A DNA stretch of 64,000 nt from Patescibacteria group bacterium (GTDB lineage Bacteria; Patescibacteriota; Patescibacteriia; Veblenbacterales; UBA10138): positions 34,038-98,037 of the forward strand of contig JBAZOT010000002.1 of the NCBI GenBank assembly GCA_041648575.1, given 5' to 3'. This document shows, piece after piece, positions 9,083 through 18,730 of the stretch (positions within the stretch are counted from its first letter, which is position 1; every line of letters starts with the position of its first letter). Both the position numbers and the translations under genes were made by a program. Below the pieces are notes generated by a model. The model worked only from the letters and a program-made list of their open reading frames with translations. It searched no databases and was not told the origin of the DNA.

Positions 9083-12000
9083 TTACTCAATAGCAAAATT
9101 GGCTGTAAAAGTTAAGTTGTTACTAGGCATAGTAAAATTACATGTTGAAACAGTATTATCTCCTCCATCACAAGTAATGCCACTCCAATTTGAAAATGCA
9201 TAAAAATCTGCTGGTACAGCAGTTAAAGAAATAGATGCTCCACTAGCGGCTGATTTTGATATAGTACTACATCTAGTGCCACAAGTGATGCTGGCACTTG
9301 GCAAGCTAATAGAACCACTTACAGAACCTGCTGAAGAAGCTGGCGTTTTACTACCAGTAAGAGTATAGGTAACAACAAAATTAGCTGTGACTGATTTAGG
9401 AGCAGTTCCCATAGTTATAGATACGGGGCTAGTGGTACCACTGGCATCACCACTCCAATTCGAAAATCCATAACCACTATTGGCTGTGGCAGTTAATTGA
9501 ATAACTTCTCCATTAACATATGTATATGAATTAGCAACACAACCTGCGGAGTTGGCCAGACTGACAGCTATGGTACCACCACTTGATGGAAGAACTGACC
9601 TAGTAAGGGCGTAACAGACATTAAACGTTGTTGTCACTGATTTAGCGCTACTCATAGTAACAGTAGTAGGATTGGTTAAATTATTATTAGTACCAGTCCA
9701 ACTGGCGAAAGCATAACCACTAGCTGGTGCAGCTGTTAGTGTCACAGAAGCATTAAGAGTGTATTGCCCTGCTGAACAGCCCGTAGAATTGGCTGGATTG
9801 GCTACAATGGTACCACCGCCAGTAGGACTGACAGAAGTGGTAAGGGTGTAACAAGTAACGGCTGCTGCGCCGGTTACCTGATTTCCTGTGGTTGGGGTTG
9901 ATTTGTAGTTAGTTCCCTGAGCATATCCTGATGTATCTACCGTGCCTTTATATTCGTATACCGCTACATAGTAGGTGGTGCTGGCGGTAAGCCCGGTAAC
10001 TGCTACGCTGGTACCGGTGCCTTTATACATCACGTAATTACCGGTGGTACCAAGCTGCGTGCCACTACCAAATATCGTATTAGCAGTATAAGTAGTATAC
10101 GTGCCGTCTACTGGGTCGGAGTTAACCACCGCGCCTGATTTCATTAATACTATTACTCCGTCGCCGTTGCCGTTGCCGCGAGTCCAATTTACGGTCATAG
10201 TCGTTGAGGTGACAGAAGCAAAACCTACCCCAGTTGCTTGAGTTGATGGCTCGGTATAGAAGCTGCCATCTGAAGAGTAACCTGTACCAGCTGAATTAAT
10301 GGCATATCCTCTATAGTACAAAAGCGTGCCAGCGGTTAATCCTATCCTGGCATCAGTGAAAACGCCAATAGTCCCTGCTCCTTTAGTAGAACAGGTACCA
10401 GTCGTCAGTGTCGGAGCTGGTGCAGTACTCCAGCAGGTTCCATATTGGGTGATAATCGCGCCGCCGGTGGAAGTAATATTGGCGCCTAAGGTAGCTGTGG
10501 TAGAAGTAATAGAAGCGGAGGTAGGTGAACCAATCACAGGAGCGGTAACGGCGGCGGGAGTAGTAGTGAAAGGTTTTACTATGCCGTAATGATAATATGG
10601 CGATAAATTTGGTAAGAACAAATAAGCGCAATAATAGTAAGTTTTATCCGGTTGAAGCGCCAGAGTATCATTACCATCTCCTATTATAGCGTTTTTCTCA
10701 TTAGGTGACTGGCCAAATAACTGATCTCCAATCAAGTTAGCCTTATCAATAACAAGGCTAGGATATGATGAGTGACTTAACGAAGAACAAGAATTATTTA
10801 TACTAGAATACTTAAATTGAGCCGTTGGTGTACCTGAAGCCGCTGGGGTAGTACCATTTAAATTAATTGTACCGCTTAAAGTCACTTGAGTTGATCCTAT
10901 GGTAACAGGATCACCAGTTGTAACAATCGGCGCACCAGGCAACCGGAAAGTAGCAGTAACTGAAGTAGAGCCAGCAACAGTTGTGGTACAAGGGTTAGTA
11001 ATTCCAGTGCAAGCACCTACCCAACCTCCAAAAACAGCTGGGGTAGTCGCGGTGGCGGTTAAGGTTATACTATTACCAAGAGGATAAACATAAGAACAAG
11101 TGCCGGAACTACAATTAACTGTCTGTGGACTATCATTGCTAGTAACTCTACCTGTTCCAGATATAGTTACTGCGAGCGCGCCAGCTTCTGCTTGCCAGCC
11201 GTAGAAAACCATTACACCCTGATTAGTAAAAGCAAAACGATCGGCCGTACCTTGCCACAAGCGCAGTTGGTCTTTATTAGCTACCACCGCATCAGTAGTG
11301 CTGGTGTAAATTCCCCAGTGACTGCTGTCGGAAGTTCCCAAATCAATTTCCGGATTGCCAGTTGATTTAGAAAGATAAATCCTAGGACCCTTGCCAGTCT
11401 CGCCTACTAAACCCAATCTCGTGCCGTCAAAAAAACCAGCAGTACTTGGCGTGGCTGTACCAATGCCCACAATACCAACAAGATTAGCGGAAGTACCTTT
11501 AAAAATATTACTAGTCGTGCCTTCTTGCGTCCACAAGTCACCGGCTCCTATTCCACCCGCGGCCCAGGTTTCAATACAATCAGGGTCGCTACCAGCATCA
11601 GGCCCATCGGGTAAACAATATTTTTTAGCAAAAACGCGTGCATCAAAATAACCAGCCCAAGAAGTAGCATCGGTGGCTAAACCATAAATTGCATAAGCAC
11701 TGGTTTTGTTAGTAGCAGTGCCATAAACAGCATAACTACTGTTAACCCCAGCCACGCCGTAAATTGCATAACTACCAGACCCACTAACCACGCCATACAC
11801 TGCTTTTTCACCAGAGTGGGTTTGAATGGCACTAACTGTCGCATCGCTAATGGGGATTATAGGTGGAACGGCGTTGGAAAAACTACCAGCTGGAGCTAAA
11901 ATATAACTGCCAAAACTCCCAGTTCCCCCAAAACTGCCGCTGCCGGAAATATTTATTTTGCCGTCTTGTAAAACGCCGCTTCCTGTGGGTAATAGCCAAA

Positions 12001-12124
12001 CTGGTCCAGGTAAATTCGGTGTCGGTGGATTTTGGCTTGGATCTTGCCAAGCACCAAATACCCAAGAACCTACCCATAAAAAAGGTAGAGCAATCAAAAA
12101 CGCAATAAATAATCGTTTATTCAT
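9083..12124 (-). CDS. Large (1013 aa) surface protein with N-terminal signal/TM and at least three divergent InlB B-repeat-like domains
   Basis: Repeated ~80-aa units such as CYTLT.SVSP.GGGTI...LTA.PASGYAF..W.G...TNPTTVTM...SVT..F match the InlB B-repeat pattern. Thr/Ser/Gly-rich. Confidence 0.55.
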   Translation of the reverse strand: MNKRLFIAFLIALPFLWVGSWVFGAWQDPSQNPPTPNLPGPVWLLPTGSGVLQDGKINISGSGSFGGTGSFGSYILAPAGSFSNAVPPIIPISDATVSAIQTHSGEKAVYGVVSGSGSYAIYGVAGVNSSYAVYGTATNKTSAYAIYGLATDATSWAGYFDARVFAKKYCLPDGPDAGSDPDCIETWAAGGIGAGDLWTQEGTTSNIFKGTSANLVGIVGIGTATPSTAGFFDGTRLGLVGETGKGPRIYLSKSTGNPEIDLGTSDSSHWGIYTSTTDAVVANKDQLRLWQGTADRFAFTNQGVMVFYGWQAEAGALAVTISGTGRVTSNDSPQTVNCSSGTCSYVYPLGNSITLTATATTPAVFGGWVGACTGITNPCTTTVAGSTSVTATFRLPGAPIVTTGDPVTIGSTQVTLSGTINLNGTTPAASGTPTAQFKYSSINNSCSSLSHSSYPSLVIDKANLIGDQLFGQSPNEKNAIIGDGNDTLALQPDKTYYYCAYLFLPNLSPYYHYGIVKPFTTTPAAVTAPVIGSPTSASITSTTATLGANITSTGGAIITQYGTCWSTAPAPTLTTGTCSTKGAGTIGVFTDARIGLTAGTLLYYRGYAINSAGTGYSSDGSFYTEPSTQATGVGFASVTSTTMTVNWTRGNGNGDGVIVLMKSGAVVNSDPVDGTYTTYTANTIFGSGTQLGTTGNYVMYKGTGTSVAVTGLTASTTYYVAVYEYKGTVDTSGYAQGTNYKSTPTTGNQVTGAAAVTCYTLTTSVSPTGGGTIVANPANSTGCSAGQYTLNASVTLTAAPASGYAFASWTGTNNNLTNPTTVTMSSAKSVTTTFNVCYALTRSVLPSSGGTIAVSLANSAGCVANSYTYVNGEVIQLTATANSGYGFSNWSGDASGTTSPVSITMGTAPKSVTANFVVTYTLTGSKTPASSAGSVSGSISLPSASITCGTRCSTISKSAASGASISLTAVPADFYAFSNWSGITCDGGDNTVSTCNFTMPSNNLTFTANFAIE

Positions 12125-12331
12125 TGTGTATTACAGTTAATTATCATCTAAGATATTAATTCTGCGAATTTTAAGCTAATACTAGACATTATTTAATGCC
12201 TATTTATATTGATTACTTATCTATTATAGCATAAAAATATGCATTAGGCAAGTCTAATTATTAATGTTTTTAGTTTAATAATCTTTTTTTTATGTTATGA
12301 TGTTAATGTATTTACTAACTATAAAAAAATT

Positions 12332-12925
12332 ATGTCTGAATATATCGTTACTAACAAAACCATCGCGCTGATTATTGTGGCAAGTGTTATCATAGCAGCG
12401 ATAGTTGGTTTTATTTGTTATAACCTTGGCTTGTCATATGGTATACAACAAAGGCCAACTGCTAAATCGCAACAACCGCTTGCTGAAATAAACGACTTAC
12501 CCAACCAGCCAGCATCACCAGAAAGCCAGCCAACGGCCGAGCCCAGCGCCGAAGTCGAGGCGGTAGAGATTCCAATTTCCGGAGAACCAGTGGTAAGCGA
12601 AGGTCAAACAATTATCAATGGTAAAGTTAACACCGTAACTGCCAATGGACTAACGGTTGATGTTGATAATGTAACGCTTAATTCCGCAACTGGTAAATAT
12701 ACACAAGCAACTATCACCTATACTGTAACAGTCACTGCTAAAACCAAAATAGTAGAACAGAATTCTACTGTTACTGTTTTACCAGGGCAAGATCCGCAAG
12801 TAACTACCACCTATAAAAATATGAAACTTGGTGATTTACAAGTAGGTGAAAAAATTACTGTTTTTACTGATCAAGAAATTAATACCAAAAGTTTAACAGC
12901 TACTGAAATCCGATTGCTGCCTTAA
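12332..12925 (+). CDS. Hypothetical membrane-anchored protein with Pro/Glu-rich linker and Thr/Val-rich C-terminal domain
   Basis: Single N-terminal TM helix. No recognisable catalytic motif. Confidence 0.35.
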   Translation: MSEYIVTNKTIALIIVASVIIAAIVGFICYNLGLSYGIQQRPTAKSQQPLAEINDLPNQPASPESQPTAEPSAEVEAVEIPISGEPVVSEGQTIINGKVNTVTANGLTVDVDNVTLNSATGKYTQATITYTVTVTAKTKIVEQNSTVTVLPGQDPQVTTTYKNMKLGDLQVGEKITVFTDQEINTKSLTATEIRLLP

Positions 12926-12932
12926 AATATTT

Positions 12933-13022
12933 ATAACACCGTAACACTGTAACAATTTAACACTTTAGCAGTTTGGCACTGTAACAATATAACAGTGTGA
13001 CAATGTAACACTATAACATTAT
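12933..13022. promoter_or_regulatory. Dense array of (T)GTAACA / ATAACA heptamer repeats, with an exact 12-mer cactgtaacaat twice, in the intergenic region upstream of lemA-htpX
   Basis: At least 7 GTAACA/ATAACA/TTAACA occurrences within 90 nt, plus inverted tgtgaca. Located 45-130 nt upstream of the lemA start. Confidence 0.3.
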
Positions 13023-13065
13023 TTATAATTTTATTTTTTAACTTTTAATCTTTAATTTTTATTCT

Positions 13066-13623
13066 ATGACTACACTTTCCTGGATTATACTAATTGTGGT
13101 GGCAATAATTGTTGTTTGGATTATTGCTGCCTACAATCGCTTTATCAGCCTACGCAACCGCTCGCAAGAAGCTTGGAGCGATATTGATGTACAACTAAAA
13201 CGTCGTTACGACTTGATTCCAAATTTAATGGAAACAGTTAAGGGGTATGCTAAGCACGAGGAGGGTGTGTTTACTAAAGTTACTGATGCAAGAACCAAAG
13301 CCATGAGCGCCCAAGGAGCAGCTGCTAAAGGTGAGGCGGAAAACATGTTAACAGAAACTTTAAAGAGTTTATTCGCGGTAGCGGAAAATTATCCCGATCT
13401 TAAGGCCAGCGCCAATTTTGCCAAACTGCAAGACGAACTGTCGGATACGGAAAATAAAATTCAAGCAGCGCGCCGCTTTTACAACGGCCTAGTACGCGAC
13501 TTTAATACCGCGGTGCAAGTCTTTCCTTCTAATATTATTGCCAACTTGTTTCGCTTTACGGCGCGAGAATTCTTTGAGCTGGAAAACGAAGCTGAAAAGC
13601 AAAATGTGAAAGTTGCGTTTTAG
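13066..13623 (+). CDS. lemA: LemA family protein
   Basis: N-terminal TM. LemA-like sequence (…[24 protein letters not shown]…) and the typical pairing with htpX downstream. Confidence 0.75.
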   Translation: MTTLSWIILIVVAIIVVWIIAAYNRFISLRNRSQEAWSDIDVQLKRRYDLIPNLMETVKGYAKHEEGVFTKVTDARTKAMSAQGAAAKGEAENMLTETLKSLFAVAENYPDLKASANFAKLQDELSDTENKIQAARRFYNGLVRDFNTAVQVFPSNIIANLFRFTAREFFELENEAEKQNVKVAF

Positions 13624-13693
13624 AATAAGTAGTTATGAGTAAGGAATCATGAATATTCTTTATTCGTGATTCTTAATTCTTGATTCAGTATTT

Positions 13694-14593
13694 ATGTATA
13701 ACCAAATAGCCAGCAACAAAAGGAAAACTATTCTGCTAATTATTGTGTTTGTGGCAGTAATTTTTGGCTTGGCTTGGGGCTTGGCTGGTTTTTATGGTGA
13801 GGAATATTATATATATTTTCCGCTGGCTATTATAATTTCGGTCGTTATGACTTTGGTTTCATATTTTTCCAGTGACAAGGTTGCTTTAAAAATGTCTGCA
13901 GCTCGGGGTCCGGTTTCTAAAGAAGAAAACGCTTATGTTTATAGAATGGTAGAGAATCTTTGTATTACTGCTGGGCTCCCCTTGCCCAAAATTTATTTAA
14001 TTGACTCCCCGGCTATTAATGCTTTTGCTTGCGGGCGTAATCCCCAGCATTCATCTATTGCTTTAACGCACGGCGCTATAGAAAAGTTAACCAATGAAGA
14101 GCTAGAAGGGGTAATTGCTCATGAATTATCGCATGTAAAAAACTATGACATTTTAGTGATGACCATAATAATTATTTTAGTGGGAATAATAACCATTGTA
14201 ACTGATATTTTTTTTAGATCGCAGTTGTATGGCCGTGGCTTACATCGCAGTAGTAGTAATAATCGCGGCGGTAATCCTTTAATGCTAATCGGCTTTGTTT
14301 TAATGATTCTTTCTCCAATTATTGCCCAACTTATAAAACTCGCTATCTCGCGCAAACGTGAATTTTTAGCTGATGCTTCGGGCTCGCTATTAACGCGCTA
14401 CCCCGAAGGGCTAGCTAGGGCGTTGGAAAAAATCCGCGACGATAGTAACCAGTTAGAAAAAGTTTCAGAAGCCACTGCTCATTTATTTATTTCCAGCCCA
14501 CTAAAAGGCAAAACATTGGCCCGACTTTTTTCCACCCATCCCCCACTCGAAGAAAGAATTCAAGCATTACGTCAAATGGGTAATATAAAATAA
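13694..14593 (+). CDS. htpX: Zinc metalloprotease HtpX (M48 family)
   Basis: HELSH zinc-binding motif (AHELSHVKN), multiple TM segments, ~300 aa. Follows lemA. Confidence 0.85.
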   Translation: MYNQIASNKRKTILLIIVFVAVIFGLAWGLAGFYGEEYYIYFPLAIIISVVMTLVSYFSSDKVALKMSAARGPVSKEENAYVYRMVENLCITAGLPLPKIYLIDSPAINAFACGRNPQHSSIALTHGAIEKLTNEELEGVIAHELSHVKNYDILVMTIIIILVGIITIVTDIFFRSQLYGRGLHRSSSNNRGGNPLMLIGFVLMILSPIIAQLIKLAISRKREFLADASGSLLTRYPEGLARALEKIRDDSNQLEKVSEATAHLFISSPLKGKTLARLFSTHPPLEERIQALRQMGNIK

Positions 14594-14594
14594 T

Positions 14595-15029
14595 ATGCTG
14601 CACGCCAAACTTCCGGTAGCGGTTCATGTTTTTGTTATTAAAAATAATAAGATTCTTTTCATGAAGAGAATAAACACTGCCTGGCAAGATCATAAATGGT
14701 CTGTGCCGGCAGGCAGGGTAAATGCTGGTGAAGCGATAAGTCGTGCGGCTATCAGAGAAGTTAAAGAAGAAGTGGGAATAAAAATTAAAAAACAAAATCT
14801 ATCCAAACCGCTAATTATGCATTTCAACGATAAGAAAAAAGAACGGATCTATATTTTTTTTACCTGCCGATCATACCAAGGAATTCCCCATAATCTAGAA
14901 CCAAAAACTTGTAGTTATATTAAATGGTTTAAACTAAACCAATTACCTCATAAATTATTACCGCGACACATTACTGTTGCCTGGAATGCTATATTAAAAG
15001 GCAACGCGTATTTAGAATTGGGATTTTAA
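14595..15029 (+). CDS. NUDIX hydrolase
   Basis: Nudix box G(x5)E(x7)REVxEExGI is present (GRVNAGEAISRAAIREVKEEVGI). Confidence 0.75.
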   Translation: MLHAKLPVAVHVFVIKNNKILFMKRINTAWQDHKWSVPAGRVNAGEAISRAAIREVKEEVGIKIKKQNLSKPLIMHFNDKKKERIYIFFTCRSYQGIPHNLEPKTCSYIKWFKLNQLPHKLLPRHITVAWNAILKGNAYLELGF

Positions 15030-15062
15030 CCGCACTGTAAAAAATTAACAAAATACTTTATA

Positions 15063-15111
15063 TTAGAGCACTGGAACACTTTAGCACCGAAACACTTGAA
15101 TAAGGTGCTTA
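15063..15111. promoter_or_regulatory. CIRCE-like imperfect inverted repeat (TTAGCACC-N15-GGTGCTTA) plus an upstream TTAGAGCAC half-site in the clpC-like leader
   Basis: Resembles the HrcA operator TTAGCACTC-N9-GAGTGCTAA, but with a longer spacer and one mismatch. Confidence 0.2.
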
Positions 15112-15190
15112 TTTGTTGTACTGTTTTAATGTAATAATACCATAGTAAAAAAGGTTATCGCGAGCAAAACGCGGCGTTCTATTATAAAAA

Positions 15191-15235
15191 AGATTGCTTC
15201 GTTATTCCGCCATCGGTGGAACACCTCGCAATGAC
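15191..15235. repeat. Copy of the small palindromic repeat family (agattgcttcg ... ctcgcaatgac) in the 5' leader of the clpC-like gene
   Basis: Shares both end motifs with the 25929..26013 element in reverse orientation, with a different internal segment. Confidence 0.45.
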
Positions 15236-15243
15236 AAATTCAT

Positions 15244-17751
15244 ATGTCAAATATCCTATCTAAATTTTCCACCCATTATCAAAAAATATTAAACTGGGCT
15301 ATAACTTATGCCCAAAGCACTGGTCGGCAAAAACTGGAAGTGTCTGATTTAATATTGGCACTGGCTTCGGCACGTGGAAGTTTGGCCGCGGAAATTTTGG
15401 AACGCCACGGTTTAACCCCCACTACCTTGCGTGAAAAACTGGGTAGTAACCCGGTAAGTTTGTTGCCAGCGGGAACTACTAAACATTTTGAGCTGCAAGA
15501 AATTTTAACTACACATTTATCTGAGGTTACCAAAAAAGTAATTGAAAAATCAGTGGTAGCAGCCTGGCGCTATCAGCATCATTATGTGGGCACGGAACAT
15601 TTATTAGAAGCATTAGTGACGGAAAATGGTGAGGAAACCACAAAGCTTTGGCAAAAATTAAATATCAATGTAATTAATTTGAAACAAAGCATTAGTTCAG
15701 TTTTAAAAAGCACTTCCAAATTTCCCGATATTACTGAAATGTTTTCTCCATTTGATCTTAAAACCGAAGCTAGAGACGCTGACAATTTACAAGCCTTAGA
15801 ATTTTTTGGCACTAATTTAACCAGTGACGAAGTACAAAATAAAATTGATCCGGTAATCGGCCGCGCCAAGGAAATTACCCGACTAATAAATATCTTAGCC
15901 CGCCGCACCAAAAACAATCCCCTACTTTTGGGTGATCCTGGCGTAGGAAAAACTGCTATTGTGGAAGGATTGGCTAAACGAATTTTAGCCGGTCAAGTAC
16001 CAGATTGGCTAATGGATAAAAAAATTTATGCGCTGGATCTAGGCTTGGTAATTGCCGGCACTATGTACCGAGGCGAATTTGAAAGCCGAATGAAACAAAT
16101 AATTGATGAGATGAAAACCAACCCTGATCTAATTTTATTTATTGACGAAATCCACACTATTGTGGGCACGGGTTCAGCACCAGGTTCACTGGATTTAGCT
16201 AATTTATTAAAACCAGCTTTGGCTAAGGGTTATATTCGCTGTATTGGCGCCACCACTCAAGAGGAATATAAAAAAAATATAGAATCCGACCCCGCTTTAG
16301 AACGCCGCTTTCAAACATTAACGGTTAAAGAAGTTTCTTTAGAAGAGGCTAAGCAAGTATTAATGGGTATTAAGGCAAATTATGAAAAATTTCACAATGT
16401 AACTATTGTTGAAGAAATAATTGACCAAACACTTTACTTAGCCGAACGATATTTACCAGATAAATTTTTGCCAGACAAAGCTATTGATATTTTAGACGAA
16501 GCATCATCTAATTTGCGAACTCAAATAACGCCTTCGCCTGAATTTAAACAACAAAAAGAATTAAACACCAAGCTAAAACAATTAACCGAAGCCAAAGAAC
16601 TGGCAATTGATGAAGAAAATTTTATTTTAGCTACCCAATATAAAGAGGAGGAGACGAAAGTGGAAACTGAATTAACTAAACTGACAGAACAGATACAACG
16701 ACAAAAAATTCCTGCCAATAAACTAACTAGACAAGACATTGCCACTGTAGTTTCACAAATGACTGGCGTAGAAATTACTGAACTATTAGATAATGAAAAA
16801 AGTAAATTAACCCAACTAGAGCAAATCATTGGTAAATATTTAAAAGGACAAAACGAAGCAGTAACTACAGTTAGCCGATTTATTCGCCGCGGCCGGCTAG
16901 GAATTGCCAGTAGTACCAAACCTGTTGGCTCGTTTATGTTTTTAGGGCCATCGGGCGTTGGCAAAACCGAACTGGCAAAAATTCTAGCGCGCGAAGTGTT
17001 TGGTGATGAAAACTCATTAATTAGACTAGATATGTCGGAATTTGCCGAAGCTTTTAATATTTCTAAATTAATTGGCGCACCGGCTGGATATATTGGCTAC
17101 AAGGATTCTAACAAACTTACTGATCAAGTTAAGCGACACCCCGCATCGGTAGTATTGTTTGATGAAATAGAAAAAGCTCATGCTGATGTGTTTAATTTGT
17201 TATTGCAGATTTTAGACGAAGGCCACTTAACTGATGCCGCAGGTAAACAAATTAATTTTAAAAATTGCCTAATTATTTTAACTTCTAACTTAGGCCTAAA
17301 AGAATTGAACCAGCAGGCCACAATTGGCTTTGAAGCGGATTCTGAAGGCGCTAAGAAAAAATTTATCGACCGATTTGCAGCAACCAAAGCTACTATTTTG
17401 GCAGAAGTAAAAAAATTTTTTCGGCCAGAATTTTTAAATCGCTTAGATGCTGTGCTGGTATTTAATCCGCTAGCAGAAAAAGATTTAGAAGAAATTGTAA
17501 AATTACAACTTCAAGAATTAGACGAACGCATTAAACAGCAAAAATTACCAGTAAAAATAAAATTAGGGCGTGGGGCGGCTAGAGTGATTGCTAAAAAAAC
17601 CTGGACACCGGATCAAGGCGCACGTGGTATTCGGCGCTTTATTCAAGAACAAATAGAAAATTTTATCTCGGATAAATTGCTATCTGGCAATAAAGAAAAA
17701 TCTATCACCGTGGCGATTAATGCTAAGGGTAAAGAGGTTGTGGTGGAATAA
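15244..17751 (+). CDS. clpC: Clp/Hsp100 AAA+ chaperone ATPase, ClpC-like (Clp_N repeats, two AAA+ modules)
   Basis: Walker A motifs GDPGVGKTAIVEG and GPSGVGKTELAK. N-terminal Clp_N-like repeats. At 835 aa it lacks the long ClpB middle domain. Confidence 0.8.
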   Translation: MSNILSKFSTHYQKILNWAITYAQSTGRQKLEVSDLILALASARGSLAAEILERHGLTPTTLREKLGSNPVSLLPAGTTKHFELQEILTTHLSEVTKKVIEKSVVAAWRYQHHYVGTEHLLEALVTENGEETTKLWQKLNINVINLKQSISSVLKSTSKFPDITEMFSPFDLKTEARDADNLQALEFFGTNLTSDEVQNKIDPVIGRAKEITRLINILARRTKNNPLLLGDPGVGKTAIVEGLAKRILAGQVPDWLMDKKIYALDLGLVIAGTMYRGEFESRMKQIIDEMKTNPDLILFIDEIHTIVGTGSAPGSLDLANLLKPALAKGYIRCIGATTQEEYKKNIESDPALERRFQTLTVKEVSLEEAKQVLMGIKANYEKFHNVTIVEEIIDQTLYLAERYLPDKFLPDKAIDILDEASSNLRTQITPSPEFKQQKELNTKLKQLTEAKELAIDEENFILATQYKEEETKVETELTKLTEQIQRQKIPANKLTRQDIATVVSQMTGVEITELLDNEKSKLTQLEQIIGKYLKGQNEAVTTVSRFIRRGRLGIASSTKPVGSFMFLGPSGVGKTELAKILAREVFGDENSLIRLDMSEFAEAFNISKLIGAPAGYIGYKDSNKLTDQVKRHPASVVLFDEIEKAHADVFNLLLQILDEGHLTDAAGKQINFKNCLIILTSNLGLKELNQQATIGFEADSEGAKKKFIDRFAATKATILAEVKKFFRPEFLNRLDAVLVFNPLAEKDLEEIVKLQLQELDERIKQQKLPVKIKLGRGAARVIAKKTWTPDQGARGIRRFIQEQIENFISDKLLSGNKEKSITVAINAKGKEVVVE

Positions 17752-17806
17752 TTTAATTACGCCATTTATTTAGAATAAATATTTAAGGTTTTTCTAAAAA
17801 GCAACT

Positions 17807-18672
17807 ATGATTGATTTGCACCTCCATTCTAGTTATTCTGATGGTATTTTGAATATAAAAGAATTATCCAAAAAAATTGTTAACGCTGGTATTTGTTACT
17901 GTTCCATTACGGATCATGATAATATTGATGGCGTTGATGAAATGGCTGATATTTTGCAGAAAAGCAAAGTTTATTTTATTAATGGGGTAGAGCTTTCCAC
18001 GCTGTACAAAAATCAAGAAGTTCATCTATTGATATATAATTTTAATTTACCGGCGGCAAAAAAATTATTCAAGAAAGAAACAGATTGGTTGAGAGCGAAA
18101 AAATTAAAGAATTAAAAGTGGCAATTGAATTATTTAAAAAACAGGGATTTGTGATAGACAATTCATTAATTCCAGAATCTAAAAAACCCATTGGCTTTAC
18201 CGTAGCTAAGAATATCTACCATAACAAAGAAACTCAAAAACTTTTGATTAAAAAACACGGCCACCTTCTCAATAAGCAGGAATTTTTTGATTATTATCAA
18301 GCTAAAGGCAGGCCATGTTACACCCCAAGAAGTGGAGTTAATGTAGCTTGGATACTTAAAAAATTTAACAATATAAGTAAGGACATTATTTTAGCACACC
18401 CTTTTACACCTGTTAGTTTCGTAATAAAACCATTAGAAGATAAGGATATTTATGATTTAATAAAAAAAGGAATTACAGGAATAGAAATTTATTACAAAAA
18501 TACTCCCCCTAAAAAAATTAGACTGCTGGAAAAAATTGTGAAGAAAAACAAACTTTTTTATACTGGCGGATCAGATTCACATGGTAAAAGTAATGATACT
18601 TCATTAGGTTATTATAATAATAATTCTAAAATACCTAGTTTTAGGTTAAGTAATTTAAGCTATAAAATATAA
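17807..18672 (+). CDS. PHP-domain metal-dependent phosphoesterase, split into two overlapping ORFs (17807..18115 and 18085..18672) by an apparent frameshift in an A-run
   Basis: N-terminal ORF has the PHP motif (DLHLHSSYSDG…ITDHDN). The C-terminal ORF has the rest (ILAHPF…GGSDSHG). The frames switch near gcgaaaaaattaaag. This is either a genuine pseudogene or a homopolymer sequencing error. Confidence 0.55.
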
Positions 18673-18730
18673 ATCAAAGGGATAGTGGTGGAGTAACATA
18701 TTTTTCACTACTTTTATTATTTTTTTATTA

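Noticed and set aside
10326-12140. Small ORFs on both strands within the 1013-aa surface protein gene
   Set aside because: They overlap a long ORF of coherent repeat architecture and are composition-driven, as the Thr/Gly-rich coding strand creates open antisense frames.
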